Shown piece by piece: positions 22,497 to 31,696 of a stretch of 57,963 nt of DNA. Origin of the DNA: Polaromonas sp. YR568 (lineage in GTDB: Bacteria > Pseudomonadota > Gammaproteobacteria > Burkholderiales > Burkholderiaceae_C); NCBI GenBank assembly GCA_945860515.1, contig CAMARI010000001.1, positions 1-57,963 on the forward strand, in the 5' to 3' direction. Under the pieces are notes generated by a model that saw nothing but the letters and a program-made list of their open reading frames with translations, was not told the DNA's origin and searched no databases. The translations under genes were made by a program, and so were the position numbers. The first letter of the stretch is position 1. Each line of letters opens with the position of its first letter.

Positions 22497-23735
22497 ATGA
22501 GCATTGAAATGATTGAGATCGAAGAGTTCAACCAAGGCACACAAATCAAGGTGATTGGTGTCGGTGGCGGCGGTGGAAACGCTGTCGCTCACATGATTGA
22601 ATGCGGCGTGCAGGGTGTGGAGTTCATCTGCGCCAACACCGACGCACAGGCGCTTAGCCGTGGCAATGCGCACAAGACCATCCAGCTCGGCGGTAGCGGT
22701 CTGGGTGCGGGCAGCAGACCTGACAGGGGCCGCGATGCAGCTGAACTCGCGGTGGACGACATTCGCAGTGCCATTGATGGTGCGCATATGCTGTTCATCA
22801 CCGCCGGTATGGGGGGCGGCACCGGGACAGGCGCTGCCCCGGTGATTGCCCGTATTGCCAAGGAGATGGGTATTTTGACGGTTGGTGTGGTGACCAAGCC
22901 CTTTGAGTTTGAAGGCGGCCGCCGCATGACCAATGCTGACCTGGGTCTGGCCGAGCTAGAGGCCAATGTCGACTCACTGATTGTGGTGCTGAACGAAAAG
23001 CTGCTTGAAGTACTGGGCGACGAGGTGACCCAGGACAAGGCTTTTGCCCATGCCAACGACGTGCTCAAAAACGCGGTTGGCGGCATTGCCGAAATCATCA
23101 ACGAGTACGGCAACGTCAATGTCGACTTTGAAGACGTGCGCACCGTGATGGGCGAACCCGGCAAAGCCATGATGGGCACGGCAGTGGCCAATGGCCCCGA
23201 CCGCGCGCGCATTGCAGCCGAGCAGGCTGTAGCCTGTCCATTGCTTGAAGGCATCGATCTGTCTGGTGCCAAGGGCGTTCTGGTGCTGGTCACGGCCGCC
23301 AAGGGCTCGCTCAAACTGAGCGAATCCAAGTTGGCCATGAACACCATCCGGGCCTACGCTTCGGCAGACGCGCATGTGATTTACGGCGCGGCCTACGACG
23401 ACAAACTCGGTGATGATATTCGCGTGACCGTGGTTGCTACCGGCCTCGGCCGCCAAGGTGTGCGCCGCCACGCACCGCCGCTGCAGGTGTTGCGCACGGG
23501 TACCGACAACGTGCCTTTCAATGCGCCTACTTTGAATACCGTTGCTGGCATGAACAACATGGTCGGGGTAAGCCAGTCGTCGACGGGTTCAGCACAACCT
23601 GACTACGGCAACATGGCTGTGCCAAGCGTGTGGCGTACCAACCGCACGCAGGCGGCTGCCAAAGTGGACGCGCTGGCATCGGGTGGCATGGATGACTTTG
23701 AGATCCCAGCTTTCCTACGCAAACAAGCTGATTAA
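22497..23735 (+). CDS. ftsZ: Cell division protein FtsZ
   Basis: GVGGGGGNA, GMGGGTGTG, C-terminal FEIPAFLRKQAD; SD AGGAGG. Confidence 0.99.
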   Translation: MSIEMIEIEEFNQGTQIKVIGVGGGGGNAVAHMIECGVQGVEFICANTDAQALSRGNAHKTIQLGGSGLGAGSRPDRGRDAAELAVDDIRSAIDGAHMLFITAGMGGGTGTGAAPVIARIAKEMGILTVGVVTKPFEFEGGRRMTNADLGLAELEANVDSLIVVLNEKLLEVLGDEVTQDKAFAHANDVLKNAVGGIAEIINEYGNVNVDFEDVRTVMGEPGKAMMGTAVANGPDRARIAAEQAVACPLLEGIDLSGAKGVLVLVTAAKGSLKLSESKLAMNTIRAYASADAHVIYGAAYDDKLGDDIRVTVVATGLGRQGVRRHAPPLQVLRTGTDNVPFNAPTLNTVAGMNNMVGVSQSSTGSAQPDYGNMAVPSVWRTNRTQAAAKVDALASGGMDDFEIPAFLRKQAD

Positions 23736-23737
23736 TA

Positions 23738-23833
23738 TTGCCCCCACGGTCGCCCACTGCGTGTGGCTCCCTGCCCCCCGAGGGGGCCGCTGCGCCTGCG
23801 GTCTGGCTAAGCCAGTCCCGCGGCCCCTGCTTG
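23738..23833 (+). repeat. Family-A GC-rich palindromic repeat, intergenic copy (about 96 bp)
   Basis: About 90% identical by eye to 35568-35662; nested inverted repeats GGGCCGC...GCGGCCC and CTGGC-TAA-GCCAG. Confidence 0.92.
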
Positions 23834-23863
23834 AATGGGCGATCGGTCAATTAAAATGCCGGC

Positions 23864-24787
23864 ATGCTCGCTCAAAGAACCCTCAAATCACTGACCAAAG
23901 CCGTTGGCGTTGGCCTGCACAGCGGCCAGCGGGTTGAGTTGACCTTGCGGCCTGCTGCGCCTGACACGGGCATTGTTTTTCGCCGGGTTGATTTGCCGCA
24001 GCCTGTGGACATCGCCATTTCGGCATTGGCGGTGACAGACACTCGCCTCGCATCGACCATATCCAACGGCAACGCCAAGGTGTTCACAGTGGAGCATTTG
24101 ATGTCCGCCTGTGCTGGCCTTGGTTTGGACAACCTGTATGTCGACATCACTGCTGAAGAGGTGCCCATTCTGGATGGGTCTGCCTCCTCCTTTGTGTTCT
24201 TGCTGCAATCTGCGGGTATTGAATTGCAAAATGCGCCCAAGCGCTTTGTTCGCCTCCTGAGAACGGTTGAGGTGCGTGAAGGCGAAGGTCCCACCACCAA
24301 GTGGGCGCGTCTGTCTCCCTATAATGGCTACAAACTCAGTTTTGAAATTGATTTTGACCACCCAGCGGTCGATTCAACAGGCCAGCGGGTGGAGTTCGAC
24401 ATGAGCTCAGGTTCCTACACGCGCGACATTGCCAGAGCGCGAACCTTTGGCTTTACCAAAGATGTTGAGATGATGCGTGCCAACGGCCTGGCCATGGGCG
24501 GTGGGCTGGACAACGCCATCGTGATGGACGATTACAAGGTGCTCAACAGCGAGGGCTTGCGCTACAGCGATGAATTTGTGAAGCACAAAATTCTCGATGC
24601 GATGGGCGACCTGCATTTATTGGGCAAGCCGCTGTTAGCGTCCTACAGCGCGTTTCGCTCGGGCCATGCTTTGAACAACAAACTGCTGCGAGAACTGCTG
24701 GCGCAACCAGATGCCTTTGAGGTGGTCACGTTTGAAGACGAAAAGCGCGCTCCCAAAGGTTTTGCCACATTGGCACCGGCCTGGTAG
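23864..24787 (+). CDS. lpxC: UDP-3-O-acyl-GlcNAc deacetylase
   Basis: QRTLK...[30 protein letters not shown]. Confidence 0.98.
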   Translation: MLAQRTLKSLTKAVGVGLHSGQRVELTLRPAAPDTGIVFRRVDLPQPVDIAISALAVTDTRLASTISNGNAKVFTVEHLMSACAGLGLDNLYVDITAEEVPILDGSASSFVFLLQSAGIELQNAPKRFVRLLRTVEVREGEGPTTKWARLSPYNGYKLSFEIDFDHPAVDSTGQRVEFDMSSGSYTRDIARARTFGFTKDVEMMRANGLAMGGGLDNAIVMDDYKVLNSEGLRYSDEFVKHKILDAMGDLHLLGKPLLASYSAFRSGHALNNKLLRELLAQPDAFEVVTFEDEKRAPKGFATLAPAW

Positions 24788-24811
24788 TCACGCCAACCAA
24801 AGCAGCCCCTC

Positions 24812-24988
24812 ATGCCGGCTCTACGCGCTCTCGTCTTGCTGTTGCTGCTGGCCTGTGCGGTGTTGTTCCTGTTGTACGTCGGTACCGGGCAAGCGCGCTA
24901 CAAAAACTTTGGTTTGATCGTTTTGAAGTGGACGCTACTGGCAGGCTTTGGCTTTTTTGCTGTGCTGATCTTCCAGCGCCTGACTTGA
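24812..24988 (+). CDS. Small two-TM membrane protein (58 aa), missed by the ORF track
   Basis: MPALRALVLLLLLACAVLFLLYVGTGQARYKNFGLIVLKWTLLAGFGFFAVLIFQRLT; fills the lpxC-ruvC gap cleanly. Confidence 0.75.
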   Translation: MPALRALVLLLLLACAVLFLLYVGTGQARYKNFGLIVLKWTLLAGFGFFAVLIFQRLT

Positions 24989-24994
24989 CGCGCA

Positions 24995-25504
24995 TTAGCG
25001 CTTTTTAAGTGCTGCCGCCATAACGGCGCTTGCGCGGCCGGCATGCGCATGCGTGATCGCCAGGCCCAGCGCATCGGCCGCGTCCTTGCCTGGCAAGGTG
25101 GGCAACTTCAACAGTCGCATCACCATCTGCTGCACCTCTGCCTTACCCGCCTTGCCGTAACCCGCTACGGCCTGCTTGAGTTGCAGAGCCGTGTATTCCG
25201 CGACTGGCACATCAAGCGACACCAGCGCCGTGATGCAGGCCCCGCGTGCCTGGCCCAGCAGCAGGGTGGACTGCGGGTTGACGTTGACAAAAACAATCTC
25301 GACTGATGAGCAATCTGGCTGGTAGCGCTCAGTGACTTCACGCACGCCGTCAAACAGCACCTTCAGGCGGCCTGGTAAATCCTTTTTTTCCAGATGGGCG
25401 GTTTTGATCGTGCCACTGGCGACGTAGCTGAGTTGTTGGCCTTCCATATCAACCACACCAAAGCCCGTGATTTGTAAACCGGGGTCGATACCAAGAATAC
25501 GCAT
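24995..25504 (-). CDS. ruvC: Holliday junction resolvase RuvC
   Basis: [37 protein letters not shown]. Confidence 0.97.
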   Translation of the reverse strand: MRILGIDPGLQITGFGVVDMEGQQLSYVASGTIKTAHLEKKDLPGRLKVLFDGVREVTERYQPDCSSVEIVFVNVNPQSTLLLGQARGACITALVSLDVPVAEYTALQLKQAVAGYGKAGKAEVQQMVMRLLKLPTLPGKDAADALGLAITHAHAGRASAVMAAALKKR

Positions 25505-25514
25505 GGCTTTCAAT

Positions 25515-25568
25515 TGCTATTTAATTAGGAGCTGCTTGTACAGGAAGTCATTGATCTAGAGGCTGATT
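25515..25568 (+). repeat. Family-B short repeat, intergenic
   Basis: TGCTATTTAATTAGGAGC-TGCTTGT-ACA-N9-TGATC-TAGAGGC. Confidence 0.7.
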
Positions 25569-25700
25569 GAGAGACCAAAATACCACCATACAGAGTGAAA
25601 AAAACGGGTGCAGCAAAGCACAGCGCGTCGACTCGGTCCAGCAGGCCACTGGCTCCGGTGACAAACTTGCCCTCTGTACCCCAGTTGGTGAAGCCTAAAA
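25556..25700 (-). pseudogene. 3' remnant of a phosphatidate cytidylyltransferase (CTP_transf_1)-like gene, frameshifted
   Basis: GFTNWG...GASGLLDRVDALCFAAPVFF in one frame continues as HSVWWYFGL in another, with the shift at the A7 run (25598-25604). GLLDRxD is the CdsA-family signature; the rest of the gene is absent. Confidence 0.7.
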
Positions 25701-25724
25701 GAAGCAGACTGATGATTTTCGCCA

Positions 25725-26468
25725 TCAGGGTAGCTCCACCCCGCCCATGCGGGCAACAATCGTGTTGGCGCGCGATGACAAATAGCCCGAATTGGCGCGG
25801 GTTTCAAAATACTTGGGGCGCGGCAACATCACGGCCAGGCGGGCGGCCTCGTAGGCGCTGAGCTTGGCCGCGCTTTTGCGGTAATAGTGCTGCGCGGCGG
25901 CTTCAGCGCCAAAAACACCTTCGCCCCATTCAACGCTGTTCAGGTAAATTTCCAGAATGCGTTCTTTGCTGAGCAGCTTTTCAAGCATCAGGGTGATCAC
26001 CAGTTCTTGACCCTTGCGGAGCAGCGTGCGCTCACCCGACAGAAAAAGGTTTTTTGCCAACTGCTGCGTGATGGTGGAGCCGCCCACAATTTTGGCTGGT
26101 TTGGCAGGCTTGGCTGGTTTGGCGTTGGGGGTTTGGGTGGCCTGCTGCACCCTTTGCTCGGCCTTGGCATTTTTATCCCAGGCCTTTTCAAGCGCTTCCA
26201 GATCAACGCCATCATGCTCGGTGAAGCTGGCATCTTCAGATGCAATCACAGCGCGCTTGAGGTTGTCAGACATGTCCCTGTAGGGCAGCCATTGCTGGCG
26301 CCACTTCAGGCTGCCTGTCAGGGTGGCCACGCTGTAGATAGCCGAGCGTTCAAAGGCAGTGGACTCCGGGTCAACGAGCGCCATCAGGGCAATACGACCC
26401 GCAAAATAAAGCTGCAATGACAAGCCTGCCAAAAAAACCAGCAGCAGCAGGCGAGAGATGACTTTCAT
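25725..26468 (-). CDS. mtgA: Monofunctional peptidoglycan glycosyltransferase
   Basis: AVIASEDASF, GGSTITQQLAKNLFL, RKGQE, EIYLNSVEWG. Confidence 0.96.
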   Translation of the reverse strand: MKVISRLLLLVFLAGLSLQLYFAGRIALMALVDPESTAFERSAIYSVATLTGSLKWRQQWLPYRDMSDNLKRAVIASEDASFTEHDGVDLEALEKAWDKNAKAEQRVQQATQTPNAKPAKPAKPAKIVGGSTITQQLAKNLFLSGERTLLRKGQELVITLMLEKLLSKERILEIYLNSVEWGEGVFGAEAAAQHYYRKSAAKLSAYEAARLAVMLPRPKYFETRANSGYLSSRANTIVARMGGVELP

Positions 26469-26497
26469 GGGACTTTCCTGGGATTTCCGGGAGAACT

Positions 26498-27346
26498 TCA
26501 GCGACCGGTCAGTTTGGTTTCAAGCGTTTCGTCACGCGTGAACTTGAAGCGTGACACCACCACGATCTGGTCGGCCCTGCGCCGCATGGCGTCGGTGAAC
26601 TTTTCAAACGGCCCGGAGCCTTTGACAATGGCTCGAGCGCGGCGGTCCAGCGTCAGGTTACCCGAGGTCTCCGCCACCTCGGTGGCCAGAATGCGTCCAT
26701 CAAAGTTAACCGTCACGATCATGGTCAGTTCGCCGTACAGTTTTTTACCGGCCAGCTCAGGAAAGTGGTTTGTGCCACGGTCCTCAATCTTGCGGCGCAG
26801 GCTGTCGTAGTAAACGGCATAGACCTCCTCACGCGTGGCGGGGCTGATGTAGCGCTTTTTCGGGCGCGCGTTTTCTTCGTCAATGCGTTTTTCAATTTCC
26901 GCCAGAATTTTAATCAGTTGCTTGCGCTTTTCTTCACGCTCTGCCTGTACCAGGTCGAAGCTTGGCACTGTCGATTCAGGCGGTGGCAGGCTGGCCAGTT
27001 GCTTTTTGACTTGTGCCAGCAAATGGGTTTGCTGCTCCTGCATGGCGTCGACTTTTTTCTGCGCGTCTTCTGCCGCATCGCCGAGGTCGGTCAATGCAGA
27101 AGGCGGCAACGGCGATGTCGCCCGGCCTTTTTCAAGCTGACCGCCACCTGCCAGACTGCTTTGCGCAATGGCTTGGGCAAAGTCGGGCTTTTCGTTCGAC
27201 TTGGCATTGACCAGGATCACTTCAAGCGGCGTGTCTTTGAAGACCCGGTTAAAGCTTTGCGGGTCAACAAAGCGTGTCGTTAGCACCACCGCATGCAACA
27301 GAGCAGATACTCCCAACGCGATTTGCAGTGTGCTGAAGTTTTTCAC
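26498..27346 (-). CDS. TonB C-terminal domain protein (energy transducer TonB-like)
   Basis: N-terminal TM with SALLH, coiled region, and C-terminal YYDSLRRKIE...SGNLTLDRRA; GTG 27346 or TTG 27352 start. Confidence 0.85.
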   Translation of the reverse strand: MKNFSTLQIALGVSALLHAVVLTTRFVDPQSFNRVFKDTPLEVILVNAKSNEKPDFAQAIAQSSLAGGGQLEKGRATSPLPPSALTDLGDAAEDAQKKVDAMQEQQTHLLAQVKKQLASLPPPESTVPSFDLVQAEREEKRKQLIKILAEIEKRIDEENARPKKRYISPATREEVYAVYYDSLRRKIEDRGTNHFPELAGKKLYGELTMIVTVNFDGRILATEVAETSGNLTLDRRARAIVKGSGPFEKFTDAMRRRADQIVVVSRFKFTRDETLETKLTGR

Positions 27347-27375
27347 CGTCAAATTATCAGGCTTAAAACGGTATG

Positions 27376-29430
27376 TCAGTTGCCCGGTGTGGCGACATCT
27401 TCAGGCACTTCATTCACATCAACGGCAATCGCAATCGGACCTGCCGAAACATCCTCGTCGTCTTCCATGTCTGCGGGCGCATCCTGCGTGTCGGCCACCA
27501 CATCCAGCCGCTCCATCACGGCGCCGGTAATGTCTAAGGTGATCTCGTCAATCTCACCCAGTTTGACGCGCACCCTGGCGCCGCGTGGCAAGCCCAGGGC
27601 TCCCGTGGCGGGCAGCACCAGCGGCAAGTCGTCGGCACGTACCAGATTGTCTTTGAAGGCGGTAGCAACCAGCTCGGTGATGCCGTTTTGCTGCAAATAC
27701 TTCAGCGTCCAGTAGCGCTCAATGCCGCTCTGGTAGCTGTTGTAGGCGCTGTAGGCTGCATCAAACCCCGAGATGATTGAAAACAGTTCTGCGTCCTTTG
27801 GCTTGAATGGCGCTACCAGTGCTGCGGTGCGGCCGTGCGTGACGCAGGCGATGATTTGCCACTGATTGACCAGGTCGGTGTAGCGCCGCAGCGGCGATGT
27901 AGACCAGGCGTAGCTTTTCACGCCCAGGCCGGCATGCGCAAGTGCCTTGGTGCCCATGCGCACCTTCACGCCGGGTGCCAGGCTGGCCTGGCTGCGGTAA
28001 ATGCCCGGCACGCCGTGCTCGGCCAGCCATTGTCCCCAAGTGCTGTTGGCCAGAATCATCGCCTCGGCCACGATCAGGTCTAGCGGTGCCCCGCGCTGGC
28101 GTGTGGTGATGGTGACCTGCTCGTTGCCTTGAGGCGCTTGCCCGCTGGGGTTGTCCAGCTTGAAGTTGTAGTCAGGCCGGTTGAAGTTCTCTGGCTTGCC
28201 GCGCGCCACTTCGCGCTGCGACTTGAGGTATTTGGCCAATTCATGGAGATAAATAAGCTCTGTAGCCCAATCGATTTGATGGCGAGCAGCTATATTTTCT
28301 GTAGCGCTGAAGAATTCTTCATTGAACGTACTGTCCAGCACATCGTGCCGCAGGTTGGCTGCGATTGGCACCAGTTCCAGTTTGGTCGCGGTTCCTTTGA
28401 TCTCGAATGTAGCTTCATCCATCGTCACGTACAGCGACACTGCCGGGCAGTTCCGCCCAGCCATCAGGGTGTAGTTTTGCACCACCTCATCGGGCAGCAT
28501 GGTCAGCTTGTAGCCCGGCATGTAGACGGTGGACAAACGCGCCCGGCCCAACTGATCTATCGCGCTGCCAGGCTGCACTGCCAGGCCCGGCGCAGCAATA
28601 TGAATACCCAGCGTAACGGTGCCTGTGCCGATGCCGCAAACGGAAAGGGCGTCATCAATCTCGGTGGTGGCGGAGTCATCAATCGAAAAGGCCTGCACGC
28701 TGGCCAGCGGCAAATCTTGTGTGTGCATGGGCGCCTCAACTGCCGCAAAGCCTGTGCCCTTGGGAAAGTTTTCAAACAAGAAGCGCTGGTAATGAAACTG
28801 GTACGGCGACGAGATGGCGCCCGATTGTTGCAGCAGGTCCAGCGGGCCGATGTGGGTGGTTTTTGCTGCCTCCACCACGGCCTTGTATTCAGCGGCGTTC
28901 TTGTCCGGCTTGAAAAGAATTTTGTATAACTGCTCGCGTATCGGCTGGGGGCAGCTGCCTTTGGCCAGTTCGTCAGCCCAGGCGGTGATTTGCAGCGCGA
29001 GTTGCTGCTTCTTTTCAATCGCCTTGAGCGCCAGTTGCAAAATCTCCGGTGGCGCTTTTTTAAAGCGCCCTTTGCCTGCACGGCGAAAGTAATGCGGCGC
29101 ATCAAACAGCCTAAGCAGTGCCGCCGCTTGTTGCTCCAGCGTGGCTGGCTTGGCTGGGTCAGGGCTGAAGTAGTCGCGCGCCAGGTCAGCAAAACCAAAC
29201 TCGTCCTCGCTGGCAAACTCCCAGGCCAGCTCCAGTTCGATGTCAGCGCTTAATTTTTGGGCAGCAGCGACAAATTCGGCCGGTGCGGGTTTTTCGAACT
29301 TCAAAAGCGCATTGACGGCTTTGACCTTGACGCGCTTGCCCGAGTCCAGCTCCACTTGCAGCGAGCTGTCAGCCTCCGACAAAATCCGCCCGGCCAGATG
29401 CTTACCGGCTTCTTCAAACAATACAAACAA
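27376..29430 (-). CDS. RNB-domain exoribonuclease (RNase II family)
   Basis: FSIDDSATTEIDDALS, AEAMILAN, TSPLRRYTDL. Start set at TTG 29430 because the longer ORF overlaps rodA. Confidence 0.93.
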   Translation of the reverse strand: MFVLFEEAGKHLAGRILSEADSSLQVELDSGKRVKVKAVNALLKFEKPAPAEFVAAAQKLSADIELELAWEFASEDEFGFADLARDYFSPDPAKPATLEQQAAALLRLFDAPHYFRRAGKGRFKKAPPEILQLALKAIEKKQQLALQITAWADELAKGSCPQPIREQLYKILFKPDKNAAEYKAVVEAAKTTHIGPLDLLQQSGAISSPYQFHYQRFLFENFPKGTGFAAVEAPMHTQDLPLASVQAFSIDDSATTEIDDALSVCGIGTGTVTLGIHIAAPGLAVQPGSAIDQLGRARLSTVYMPGYKLTMLPDEVVQNYTLMAGRNCPAVSLYVTMDEATFEIKGTATKLELVPIAANLRHDVLDSTFNEEFFSATENIAARHQIDWATELIYLHELAKYLKSQREVARGKPENFNRPDYNFKLDNPSGQAPQGNEQVTITTRQRGAPLDLIVAEAMILANSTWGQWLAEHGVPGIYRSQASLAPGVKVRMGTKALAHAGLGVKSYAWSTSPLRRYTDLVNQWQIIACVTHGRTAALVAPFKPKDAELFSIISGFDAAYSAYNSYQSGIERYWTLKYLQQNGITELVATAFKDNLVRADDLPLVLPATGALGLPRGARVRVKLGEIDEITLDITGAVMERLDVVADTQDAPADMEDDEDVSAGPIAIAVDVNEVPEDVATPGN
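28251..28305 (-). repeat. Family-B short repeat, in-frame within the RNB nuclease
   Basis: Reverse complement GCTACAGAAAATATAGC-TGCTCGC-CAT-N9-TGGGC-TACAGAGC, translated as ATENIAARHQIDWATELI; AT-rich relative to the gene. Confidence 0.65.
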
Positions 29431-29515
29431 AATGGGAGCCTTTACGTCGCTGAAATAGGGTGATGAGGCAAGTGTAATCAGCCCTGTGAGGCAAGATAGT
29501 GACCGATAATCAAGC

Positions 29516-30670
29516 ATGGCCGCTGTTTTTGACAAACCCTCGCTTTTCAAGCGCGCTGCGCCGCTGCTGAGCGGCTTTGATGGCCCGCTGGCGTTTGCGG
29601 TGTTCTTGCTGGCCAGCGCTGGCCTTTTGATCATGTATTCGTCGGGCTTTGACCATGGCAGCCGCTTCGTGGACCATGGCCGCAACATGCTGATAGCGGG
29701 TTTCATCATGTTTGTGGTGGCGCAAATCCCGCCTCAGCGGCTGATGACGCTGGCGGTGCCGCTGTATGTTTTTGGCGTGGCGTTGCTGGTCGCGGTGGCG
29801 ATTTTCGGCATCACCAAAAAGGGCGCACGCCGCTGGCTCAATGTCGGTATCGTGATTCAACCCAGCGAAATTTTGAAAATCGCCATGCCTTTGATGCTGG
29901 CCTGGTGGTTTCAAAAGCGGGAAGGCCAGCTTCGCCCCCTGGACTACATCGTGGCCGCCTTGCTGCTGGTCGTTCCGGTGGCCCTCATCATGAAGCAGCC
30001 CGACCTGGGAACTGCGCTCTTGGTGATGGCCGCCGGGCTAGCGGTGATTTTTTTTGCTGGTTTAAGCTGGAAGCTGATCCTGCCGCCTGTGGTGCTGGGG
30101 CTGGTCGGCATCTTGCTGGTGGTGTGGTTTGAGCCCGCCTTGTGCGCTGATGGCGTGCGCTGGCCAATACTGCATGACTACCAGCAGCAGCGTATCTGCA
30201 CCCTGCTTGATCCATCGCGCGACCCGCTAGGCAAGGGCTTTCACATCATTCAGGGGATGATCGCGATTGGCTCGGGCGGGCTGTTTGGCAAGGGCTTCAT
30301 GGCCGGCACGCAGACGCATCTTGAATTTATTCCCGAGCGCACCACCGACTTCATCTTTGCCGCTTTCTCTGAGGAGTTTGGCCTTGCCGGCAATTTGCTG
30401 CTGATTGCGGGCTTTATCTTTTTGATCTTGCGCGGCTTGATCATTGCCATGGAGGCACCGACCTTGTTTTCACGCTTGCTGGCCGGCGCGGTCACGATGA
30501 TCTTTTTCACCTATGCTTTTGTGAACATGGGCATGGTCAGCGGCATTTTGCCGGTGGTGGGTGTGCCGCTGCCTTTCATCAGCTATGGCGGCACGGCCAT
30601 GGTCACCCTCGGCTTGGCTGTGGGCATGCTGATGTCGATTGCCAAAGCCAAGCGGCTGGTGCAGACGTGA
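29516..30670 (+). CDS. rodA: Rod shape-determining SEDS protein RodA
   Basis: KGARRWL, QPSEILK, KQPDLGT, FIPERTTDFIF, PFISYGG. Confidence 0.96.
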   Translation: MAAVFDKPSLFKRAAPLLSGFDGPLAFAVFLLASAGLLIMYSSGFDHGSRFVDHGRNMLIAGFIMFVVAQIPPQRLMTLAVPLYVFGVALLVAVAIFGITKKGARRWLNVGIVIQPSEILKIAMPLMLAWWFQKREGQLRPLDYIVAALLLVVPVALIMKQPDLGTALLVMAAGLAVIFFAGLSWKLILPPVVLGLVGILLVVWFEPALCADGVRWPILHDYQQQRICTLLDPSRDPLGKGFHIIQGMIAIGSGGLFGKGFMAGTQTHLEFIPERTTDFIFAAFSEEFGLAGNLLLIAGFIFLILRGLIIAMEAPTLFSRLLAGAVTMIFFTYAFVNMGMVSGILPVVGVPLPFISYGGTAMVTLGLAVGMLMSIAKAKRLVQT

Positions 30671-31647
30671 TGTCGAGCGGTCAACTTTTCGACGGGCACG
30701 CTTCTAAGGAAAAATTAGCCCCCTCGGGGGGCAGCGCACTACAAGAAGTGTTCTCGAAGAGCGGCGAAGCCAAAAGCATGGGGGTCTTGATTGTTGGAGT
30801 TGGCAATATGGGTGGCGGCATGGTCGCCAATTTGCTGTCGAAGGGCTGGCAGGTCATGGTCAGCGACATAGACACCAAAAAAGTCGATTTTTGGGTATCA
30901 AAAGGGGCTCTAGACCAATCATTAACTGGGCGAGAAGCTCCTGATTTAATGGCGACGATCATCTGCGTGGTGGATGCTGAGCAAACTGAAGACGTGCTGT
31001 TTGGTCGCCAGGGGCTGGCGCACCGCTTGCAGGCTGGCCAAACCGTCATTCTGTGTCCGACCATCTTGCCGCAAGACGTGGAAGGCTTTGTCCGCAGATT
31101 GGCTGAACGCGGCATTCACACCATTGACGCGCCCATGTCTGGCGGGCCTGCACGCGCGACTGACGGCACCATGAGTTTGCTGGTGGCTTGCCCGCCAGAC
31201 GTTTTTGTGCAGCAGTCAGCGTTGCTCAATGCACTGTCAAGCAAGCTGTTCAACATCAGTGAAAAGCCAGGTGATGCCGCCCGCACCAAGTTGGTCAACA
31301 ACCTGCTGGCAGGCATCAATCTGGTCGGAGCGGCTGAAGCGCTGGCATTGGCTGAAAAACTGGGCTTGGATGTCGCCAAAACGCTCAGCGTGATTGAGCA
31401 GTCAAGCGGGCAAAGCTGGATAGGCACAGACCGGATGCGCCGGGCGATTGCGGGCGACTATGCGCCCCGTGCCCATGTCACCCTGCTCGAAAAGGACACC
31501 CGGCTGGCACTTGAATGCGCTGCTGCAGCAGGCTTTGACGGGCCGCTGGGAGCCGCGGCCAGTGGTGTTTTTCAGCAGGCGCACGAAGCAGGACTGGCAG
31601 CCGAGGACGATGCCGCAGTTTTCAAAGTTCTGTCTGGACGAGGGTGA
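30667..31647 (+). CDS. NAD(P)-dependent oxidoreductase, 3-hydroxyisobutyrate/beta-hydroxyacid dehydrogenase family
   Basis: VGVGNMGGGM, DAPMSGGP, KLVNNLL, KD motif; start could be 30667, 30670 or 30778. Confidence 0.9.
   Translation: MMSSGQLFDGHASKEKLAPSGGSALQEVFSKSGEAKSMGVLIVGVGNMGGGMVANLLSKGWQVMVSDIDTKKVDFWVSKGALDQSLTGREAPDLMATIICVVDAEQTEDVLFGRQGLAHRLQAGQTVILCPTILPQDVEGFVRRLAERGIHTIDAPMSGGPARATDGTMSLLVACPPDVFVQQSALLNALSSKLFNISEKPGDAARTKLVNNLLAGINLVGAAEALALAEKLGLDVAKTLSVIEQSSGQSWIGTDRMRRAIAGDYAPRAHVTLLEKDTRLALECAAAAGFDGPLGAAASGVFQQAHEAGLAAEDDAAVFKVLSGRG
30718..30786 (-). repeat. Family-A repeat, partial/variant copy in the 5' part of the oxidoreductase ORF
   Basis: GCCCCCTCGGGGGGCAGCG (19/19 to the reverse complement of 35598-35616) then AAAGCATGGGGG versus AAAGCGTGGGGG, with extra internal sequence. 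Confidence 0.75.
30900..30953 (-). repeat. Family-B short repeat, in-frame within the oxidoreductase
   Basis: Reverse complement GCCATTAAATCAGGAGC-TTCTCGC-CCA-N9-TGGTC-TAGAGCC, translated as KGALDQSLTGREAPDLMA. Confidence 0.7.
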
Positions 31648-31696
31648 AAATGTCGGTGTGGGCACCTGTTCAGGGCAGACTACCTACAATCTGGTT

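Noticed and set aside
26090-26125. 9-bp tandem repeat in mtgA (PAKPAKPAK)
   Set aside because: Short low-complexity loop expansion that preserves the frame; no sign of phase variation.
29431-29709. N-terminal extension of the RNB ORF
   Set aside because: It is antisense to rodA, and family-like sequence begins near TTG 29430.
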